64,000 nucleotides of DNA from Sphingorhabdus sp. (lineage in GTDB: Bacteria > Pseudomonadota > Alphaproteobacteria > Sphingomonadales > Sphingomonadaceae): the NCBI RefSeq assembly GCF_035329025.1, contig NZ_DAOLHN010000011.1:353-64352 (forward strand), read 5' to 3'. Shown in pieces: positions 57,944-64,000 of the stretch. The notes beneath the pieces were generated by a model that was not told the DNA's origin, did no database searches, and worked only from the letters and a program-made list of their open reading frames with translations. Each line of letters starts with the position of its first letter. The first letter of the stretch is position 1. A program made the translations under genes and the position numbers.

Positions 57944-58879
57944 ATGACGGAGGGCGATAGTAGTAGCGGTTTACGACCCCGCAAGGACGAAACCGAGGAA
58001 GGACGAATATGGCAGCGGCTGAAGTCGCTTCTATTCGGACGCAATCATGAGCCGACGCTGCGCGAGCAGCTCGAAGAAAAAATCGCTGAACATGAAGAAG
58101 ATGTAGAGGAAGGCGACGCTCCTGAAGACGAGGGCGACCTGTCAGCTCCCGAGCGTCTGATGCTGCGCAACCTGCTCCATTTCTCGGAAAACCGCGTCGA
58201 TGATGTCATGGTGCCGCGCAGCGACATTCTTGGCCTGCGCGAGGATGCCAGTTTCGACGAAGCGGTCGCCGCCTTTGCCGAACATGGCCATAGCCGCATG
58301 CCGGTTTACAAGGACACGCTCGATAACATCACCGGCATGATCCATGTGAAGGATATCTTTGCCGTACTGGCTGAGGGCAAGGAAAAACCTGACAGTCTGG
58401 AGGCTTTCATCCGCCAGCCGCGCTATGTGCCGCAAAGCATGGGGGCTATCGAGCTGCTCGACGAAATGCGTCGGACGCGGACGCACCTCGCAATCGTGAT
58501 CGACGAATATTCAGGCACCGAAGGCCTAGTGACAATCGAAGATCTGGTCGAGGAAATTGTCGGCGAGATCGAAGACGAGCATGACGATGAACCGGAGGCG
58601 CTGTTCACCGAGACCGCGCCGGGTATCTGGGAAGCAGATGCGCGCACGGAACTGGACGACCTTGCCGAAGCCCTCGACGAAAAACTCGCGGATGTGGACG
58701 AGGATGTCGACACCATTGGCGGCCTGGCCTTTGTGATTGCCGGACAGGTTCCCAACATCGGCGACATATTGGTCCACGAGGAAAGCGACTGGAAGATCGA
58801 GATACTCGAAGGCGATGATCGCCGGGTGACGCGTGTGCGGCTATATCGGCCGGAGGTGGTTGGCGCGGCGGCGGGGTAA
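57944..58879 (+). CDS. corC: HlyC/CorC family CBS-domain protein
   Basis: DVMVPR, HSRMPVY, IDEYSG..GLVTIED, CorC C-terminal domain; alternative TTG start 57911. Confidence 0.92.
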   Translation: MTEGDSSSGLRPRKDETEEGRIWQRLKSLLFGRNHEPTLREQLEEKIAEHEEDVEEGDAPEDEGDLSAPERLMLRNLLHFSENRVDDVMVPRSDILGLREDASFDEAVAAFAEHGHSRMPVYKDTLDNITGMIHVKDIFAVLAEGKEKPDSLEAFIRQPRYVPQSMGAIELLDEMRRTRTHLAIVIDEYSGTEGLVTIEDLVEEIVGEIEDEHDDEPEALFTETAPGIWEADARTELDDLAEALDEKLADVDEDVDTIGGLAFVIAGQVPNIGDILVHEESDWKIEILEGDDRRVTRVRLYRPEVVGAAAG

Positions 58880-58898
58880 CTAACCCTTTCCAGCTATC

Positions 58899-58982
58899 AC
58901 CGTAGCCCTGAGCCTGTCGAAGGGCGCCTATCAGCGTCAATGCAAACCTTGAGACGCCCTTCGACAGGCTCAGGGCTGCGGT
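58899..58982. repeat. REP/MITE-like element, family C, copy 2
   Basis: accgtagccctgagcctgtcgaagggcg / cgcccttcgacaggctcagggctgcggt, between convergent corC and msrA. Confidence 0.88.
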
Positions 58983-58993
58983 AAAAAAACGCG

Positions 58994-59602
58994 TTACTTA
59001 GCCCAAACCTCCGCCAGTCGATCATCTCTTCCGCAACGGCTGCGGTAATAGCGGTAGCGGATCGGGTTCTTTTTATAATAATCCTGATGGTAATCTTCGG
59101 CGCGGTAGAAAGCGCTGCGTGCCACTATTTTGGTTGCCAGATCGCGTTTGAAGAAGCCCACCAAATAGTCGAACGAAGCTTTTGCTGCCTTCTGTTCGGC
59201 AGCACCTTGCGGAAAGATCGCGGCGCGATAGCTCTCGCCCTTGTCGCAAAACTGTCCTGCTGCGTCGAATGGATCGACATTCTTCCAGAAGACCGAAATC
59301 AGTTCGGAATATTTCACCTTCACCGGATCGTAGGTAACCAGCACCGCTTCGTAATGACCTGTTCCACCGGCGCTCACCTGCTCATAGGCCGGGTTCCGCA
59401 CCCGACCGCCAGTGTAACCGGATACGACATCAATCACGCCGTCGACCTTCTCGAAATCGGCCTCGGCGCACCAGAAACATCCCATCGCAAAGACGGCGGT
59501 TGCAGTTTCGGTCTTTCCGCGCACTTCGGAAGCGCTCGCCAACGCAAAGAGGAGCATGGCCGAAAACATGGCGACGGCAATTTGACTCAGCTTTTTCATC
59601 AT
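58994..59602 (-). CDS. msrA: Exported peptide-methionine (S)-S-oxide reductase
   Basis: Signal peptide, GCFWC, GYTGG, GHYE, AEDYHQDY. Confidence 0.93.
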   Translation of the reverse strand: MMKKLSQIAVAMFSAMLLFALASASEVRGKTETATAVFAMGCFWCAEADFEKVDGVIDVVSGYTGGRVRNPAYEQVSAGGTGHYEAVLVTYDPVKVKYSELISVFWKNVDPFDAAGQFCDKGESYRAAIFPQGAAEQKAAKASFDYLVGFFKRDLATKIVARSAFYRAEDYHQDYYKKNPIRYRYYRSRCGRDDRLAEVWAK

Positions 59603-59633
59603 AGCCTCTGGTTCGCCTCGATTGACCTTAAAG

Positions 59634-60323
59634 TTACGCCTCGCCCTGACTTTCAAGCAACTGGCGCGCACGCCAGCGCCAATGAAGGGCAAGTGTCTCC
59701 ATTTCCGCCAATTCGCGCAATGCGGTATTTGCCCCGTCCATTCGGTGCATACCGCCGATTAACAACTGAAACGCGCGCTCGACGGTCCAGCCATGCCGCG
59801 CGCGTTCCACTTGTTCGATGCTGTCATCGGGCTTGATATGGCCGACTTCCATCACCCTGAAATAATAGCCGCTGCGGCCGGTTTGAACGACTGCAGCCAT
59901 TATGCCTTTCATTCCAAAATGATGGTCTAATTTCCAGCAAGGCTGCCGACCTTGGCTGATCTCGACCAACGCCTCACCAATCCGGAAGCGGTCGCCAATC
60001 TGGACACGGTCTTCGGTCATTTCCAACGCCGAGATATTCTCGCCAAAACCGCCCAAGCGGCCAAGATGCGGGTGAGGTTCACGCCCGGCTTTGGCAAAAT
60101 CGGCCTCCCAAAGCGGATAATGCTCGCCCGGGTAGAAATGCACTGCCTTATCCTCACCGCCATGCACAGTCGGGTCGCCGACGCGATCCCCCTCAAATCC
60201 GGTGAAGGTCAGATAAACCGGATGGTCGACCGAAAGGCGCGAGCCGATGGAACTGTCTTCCCCCTCGCCTCTGAACGAAACGGGTTTGCCGATTAACAAG
60301 GCTTCGATGTTCGTTTTGATCAT
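59634..60323 (-). CDS. MOSC domain protein (YiiM-like)
   Basis: HGGEDKAV, GFGEN, GDRFRIG, RQPCWKL, GYYFRV. Confidence 0.9.
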   Translation of the reverse strand: MIKTNIEALLIGKPVSFRGEGEDSSIGSRLSVDHPVYLTFTGFEGDRVGDPTVHGGEDKAVHFYPGEHYPLWEADFAKAGREPHPHLGRLGGFGENISALEMTEDRVQIGDRFRIGEALVEISQGRQPCWKLDHHFGMKGIMAAVVQTGRSGYYFRVMEVGHIKPDDSIEQVERARHGWTVERAFQLLIGGMHRMDGANTALRELAEMETLALHWRWRARQLLESQGEA

Positions 60324-60393
60324 GCCAGAGCTTAACCGTCCGGTCACGGCTTGGCCATTGGCAATCGCGCCCGCGATGTCTAATAGGCTGCGG

Positions 60394-61557
60394 ATGCAGA
60401 CGGCGGACCTTCGCATTGCCCTGTTTAGCGGCAATTATAATTATGTGCGCGATGGCGCAAACCAGGCACTCAACCGGCTGGTGGGGTATTTGCTGCGCCA
60501 AGGCGCGCAGGTGCGGGTCTATTCTCCTACCGTCGACGAACCTGCCTTCCCGCCCACCGGCGATTTGGTCAGCGTACCGTCGATGGCGATCCCAAACCGC
60601 CCCGAATATCGCATTCCACTGGCGCTTTCCGGCGCAGTAAAGCGTGATCTGGAAGCCTTCGCGCCCAATGTCGTGCATATCTCCAGCCCGGACCGGGTTG
60701 CGCGCAAGGCGGTGAAATGGGCGCGTAAACGCAATTTGCCGGTGCTCGCCTCGGTGCACACGCGGTTCGAAACCTATTTCCGTTATTACAACATGTCGTT
60801 CCTCGAACCGTTGGTTGAAGCTTGGTTGCGCACGCTTTACCGGAAATGCGATGCGCTGGTCGCACCATCGGAATCGATGGCACAGGTGCTTCGCCAACAG
60901 CGGATGAATTACGATATCGATATCTGGTCGCGTGGCGTTGATCGCGACATATTCGATCCCTCTCGCCGAGACCTGCAATGGCGCAATGAATTGGGCATAG
61001 CCGACGATATGCCGGTCATTGGATTTCTGGGCCGTTTAGTCATGGAAAAGGGCCTCGACGTGTTTTCCGACTCCATCGACCAGCTCAACCGTCGCAATGT
61101 TAGGCATAAGGTGCTGGTTATCGGCGAAGGCCCGGCGCGCGGCTGGTTCGAAAGCCGCCTGCCAGACGCCGCCTTTGTCGGCTTCCAGGGCGGTGCCGAT
61201 CTGGCGCGCGCAGTCGCCAGCATGGACATATTGTTCAACCCCAGCGTCACCGAAACCTTTGGCAATGTGACGCTGGAGGCGATGGCTTGCGGCCTACCGG
61301 TTGTCGCGGCAAAAGCCACCGGCAGCCAAAGCTTGGTCGATGACAACCGCTCAGGGCGGCTTATCACCCCGGGCGCCATTGCTCAGTTTGCCGAGGCGTT
61401 GCGCAATTATTGTGAAGACCCGGCATTGCGTATGGAGCATGGCAAGGCCGGTGAACAACGCAGCCTCGAATATAGCTGGGATGCGATCAATCAGGCCGTG
61501 GCCGATACCTATGTCCGGCTGGTCCGGCAACGTCGCACGGAGCTGACCAAGGCGTGA
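60394..61557 (+). CDS. GT-B glycosyltransferase (family 4-like)
   Basis: RIALFSGNY, HTRF, GRL..EKG, ETFGNVTLEAMACG. Confidence 0.9.
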   Translation: MQTADLRIALFSGNYNYVRDGANQALNRLVGYLLRQGAQVRVYSPTVDEPAFPPTGDLVSVPSMAIPNRPEYRIPLALSGAVKRDLEAFAPNVVHISSPDRVARKAVKWARKRNLPVLASVHTRFETYFRYYNMSFLEPLVEAWLRTLYRKCDALVAPSESMAQVLRQQRMNYDIDIWSRGVDRDIFDPSRRDLQWRNELGIADDMPVIGFLGRLVMEKGLDVFSDSIDQLNRRNVRHKVLVIGEGPARGWFESRLPDAAFVGFQGGADLARAVASMDILFNPSVTETFGNVTLEAMACGLPVVAAKATGSQSLVDDNRSGRLITPGAIAQFAEALRNYCEDPALRMEHGKAGEQRSLEYSWDAINQAVADTYVRLVRQRRTELTKA

Positions 61558-62876
61558 GCGACCTTTTCGGCGCCCCGTCCCCAACCCGTCCCGAAACTGT
61601 TTCGGCACATTCGCCGCTTGCCGATCGGATACGCCCGCAGTCGCTTTCGGAAGTTGTAGGGCAGGAGCATCTGACTGGGCCTGATGGGGCCATCGGTCGC
61701 ATGGTCGCCGCCGGGCGATTGTCCTCAATGATCCTGTGGGGGCCGCCGGGAACAGGAAAAACCAGCATCGCGCGTCTTTTGGCCGACGCGGTTGGCATGC
61801 ATTATATGGCGGTTTCGGCGGTTTTTTCGGGCGTCGCCGATCTGAAAAAGGCCTTTGCCGAGGCCGAACAGGTAGCGCGCACCGGCAAAGCCACATTGCT
61901 GTTCGTCGACGAAATCCACCGTTTCAATCGCGCGCAGCAGGACGGATTTCTGCCCTTTGTCGAGCGTGGCATTGTCACACTTGTTGGCGCGACCACTGAA
62001 AATCCCAGTTTCGAACTGAACGCCGCATTGCTCAGCCGGGCGCAGGTGCTGGTATTGAAACGCCTTGATGAGGCCGCCCTTCTCAAACTCTTCGAACGTG
62101 CCGAAGCCGTCGAAGGAAAGCCCCTGCCCCTCACCGGCGATGCGCGCTTGGCTCTGATTGCGAGTGCGGACGGCGACGGTCGGTTCCTGCTCAACCAGGC
62201 CGAAACGCTATTCGCCATCGCGCCGCCAGACGCCCCCTTGGACCCTCAGGCCATGGCCGCCCTGCTCCATCGCCGGATGCCGGTTTATGACAAGGACCGT
62301 GAGGGGCATTACAATCTCATTTCGGCCCTGCACAAATCGATGCGCGGTTCAGACCCGCAGGCCGCGCTCTATTGGCTGGCGAGGATGCTGGTTGCGGGCG
62401 AAGAACCGCTCTATGTGCTCCGTCGCATCACCCGTTTTGCAGTTGAGGATGTTGGCCTCGCCGATCCGCGGGCGCTCGAACAATGCATCGCGGCCAAGGA
62501 TGCCTATGAATTTCTGGGATCTCCGGAAGGTGAATTGGCCATTGTCCAAGCCTGCCTCTATTGCGCCACTGCGCCCAAATCGAACGCAGCTTACAAGGCC
62601 CAAAAAGCCGCATGGAAGCTGGCCAAAGAAACCGGTTCGTTGATGCCGCCAGCCAATATTCTGAACGCGCCGACCAAGCTGATGAAGGATATCGGCTATG
62701 GCCAAGGCTATGCCTATGACCATGACATTGAGGAAGGTTTTTCGGGTGCCAATTATTGGCCAGAGGAGATGCAGCCAGCGGAACTTTACCGCCCTGTCCC
62801 GCGTGGACTGGAGGCCAAAATAGCCGAGCGCCTCGCTTATTGGGATGGCCTGCGCAGGGAGAGGAACAGCAAATGA
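61554..62876 (+). CDS. rarA: Replication-associated recombination protein A
   Basis: GPPGTGKT, DEIHRF, GATTENPSF, SALHKS.RGSD, EDVG. Confidence 0.96.
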   Translation: MSDLFGAPSPTRPETVSAHSPLADRIRPQSLSEVVGQEHLTGPDGAIGRMVAAGRLSSMILWGPPGTGKTSIARLLADAVGMHYMAVSAVFSGVADLKKAFAEAEQVARTGKATLLFVDEIHRFNRAQQDGFLPFVERGIVTLVGATTENPSFELNAALLSRAQVLVLKRLDEAALLKLFERAEAVEGKPLPLTGDARLALIASADGDGRFLLNQAETLFAIAPPDAPLDPQAMAALLHRRMPVYDKDREGHYNLISALHKSMRGSDPQAALYWLARMLVAGEEPLYVLRRITRFAVEDVGLADPRALEQCIAAKDAYEFLGSPEGELAIVQACLYCATAPKSNAAYKAQKAAWKLAKETGSLMPPANILNAPTKLMKDIGYGQGYAYDHDIEEGFSGANYWPEEMQPAELYRPVPRGLEAKIAERLAYWDGLRRERNSK

Positions 62877-63859
62877 GGTATCGCGCCGCCGTCTGTACGG
62901 CATTGACCGGACCCGAGAGCATCCGGATTGAGGAATGCGAACGCAAGCCGTTGCAACCCGGCGAGGTTCGTATTGCCATCAAGGCGGCGGGGCTCAATTT
63001 CCCCGACTTGCTGATGACTTACGGCAAATACCAGTTCCGCCCCGATCCGCCCTTCGTTCCGGGTATGGAATTTTCGGGAGAAGTCATCGAGGTCGGCGCC
63101 GGTGTGACCAATTGGAAACCGGGCGATGGCGTGATGGGTGGCGGCAAGGGCGACTGTATTGCGGAAGAAGCGGTCGTTCCTGCCGCAGCTTTGGCAACCA
63201 AGCCCGATGCATTAAGCTGGGAAGAGGCAGCGTGCTGGCGCGCAGGCGGCGTTACTGCATGGCACGCGTTACACGACAAGGCTGCGCTCAAAGCAGGTGA
63301 GACCTTGCTGGTGCTGGGCGCCGCTGGCGGAGTCGGCATGGCGGCGGTTTCGCTCGGCAAATATATGGGGGCGATTGTCATCGGCACGGGTTCCAGCCCG
63401 GAAAAGCGCGCAGCTATCCTTGCGGCTGGCGCAGACCATGCGCTCGATCCGGCCGATCCGGACTTAGCGGCCAAGGTCAAGGAACTGACCGACGGCAAAG
63501 GCTGCGATGTCGTATTCGATCCTGTAGGAGGTGATCTGTCGATTACCGCAACACGCGCGATCGGATGGGGCGGACGTTTCCTGATTGTCGGCTTTGCCAG
63601 CGGCAGCACGCCCAGCTTCCCCGCCAACCATGCGCTAATCAAAGGATATAGCCTGATCGGCCTGCGCGCAGGTGAGGCCAGCCGCCGCGATCCGGAACTT
63701 GCGGCCAGAACATCCATCGAACTGAAGAAATTGGCTGAAGCAGGTGTCATGCGCCCGCATATTTCACACCGCCTTCCGCTCGATCAAACCCGCGACGCAT
63801 TGCTGGTGCTCGAACGGCGCGAGGCCATTGGCCGCGTCGTTTTAACCTTGGGCGATTGA
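62873..63859 (+). CDS. NADPH:quinone oxidoreductase (MDR family)
   Basis: GLNFPD, PFVPG.E, GAAGGVG, VGFASG. Confidence 0.92.
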   Translation: MRYRAAVCTALTGPESIRIEECERKPLQPGEVRIAIKAAGLNFPDLLMTYGKYQFRPDPPFVPGMEFSGEVIEVGAGVTNWKPGDGVMGGGKGDCIAEEAVVPAAALATKPDALSWEEAACWRAGGVTAWHALHDKAALKAGETLLVLGAAGGVGMAAVSLGKYMGAIVIGTGSSPEKRAAILAAGADHALDPADPDLAAKVKELTDGKGCDVVFDPVGGDLSITATRAIGWGGRFLIVGFASGSTPSFPANHALIKGYSLIGLRAGEASRRDPELAARTSIELKKLAEAGVMRPHISHRLPLDQTRDALLVLERREAIGRVVLTLGD

Positions 63860-64000
63860 GCCCGGCAGGGTCGCGTAGCCGGGCCCAATCGCAACGCTGA
63901 ATGCTCCGCATACAAATGCAGGGCACTCCGGATTACTGGTTGGTGCGGATCTGGCCGACTCTTCCGCTACGATTGCTTTGCCCTTCGCCGGCCTTGCGAG

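Noticed and set aside
11103-58982. CRISPR array
   Set aside because: The repeats are dispersed paired hairpins, not regularly spaced direct repeats; no cas genes.
63860-64000. Possible 3' end of a minus-strand gene at the window edge
   Set aside because: Two open frames, neither recognisable; too short to call.

Overview
GC-rich alphaproteobacterial chromosome segment; gene content and order suggest a sphingomonad (inference). Bases 1-5669 are the right end of an integrative, probably conjugative, element. It holds a 5'-intact methyltransferase/SF2-helicase (strawberry-notch-like) gene that runs off the window, a Zn-finger/TOPRIM primase-like gene, a lytic transglycosylase preceded by a perfect alphaproteobacterial SOS box, a small DUF5818-like ORF and a tyrosine integrase. 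It ends in a 45-bp duplicated 3' half of tRNA-Pro(GGG), the att site. The rest is mostly core and metabolic genes: an acyl-CoA catabolic operon, a stand-alone GH108 endolysin/3TM holin pair, a cobalamin riboswitch with btuB and an unknown membrane protein, fab genes with an inserted crotonase, rpsF-rpsR-rplI, ktrBA, folE, priA, a PBP, cobT, cysS, terC, the nfuA-tsaB-rimI-mucR-fur-plsC-miaB-phoH-ybeY-corC cluster, msrA and rarA. The main non-routine observations are: (i) a 96-bp palindromic repeat inserted in frame in ybeY; (ii) a multi-hairpin leader RNA that sequesters the terC ribosome-binding site; (iii) an 18-bp operator-like palindrome shared by two distant loci; (iv) an orphan, lower-GC 817-aa secreted protein; (v) a non-canonical crotonase inside fabD-fabG; (vi) seven REP/MITE-like elements in three families. 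All product names come from motif recognition by eye; no database search was run.
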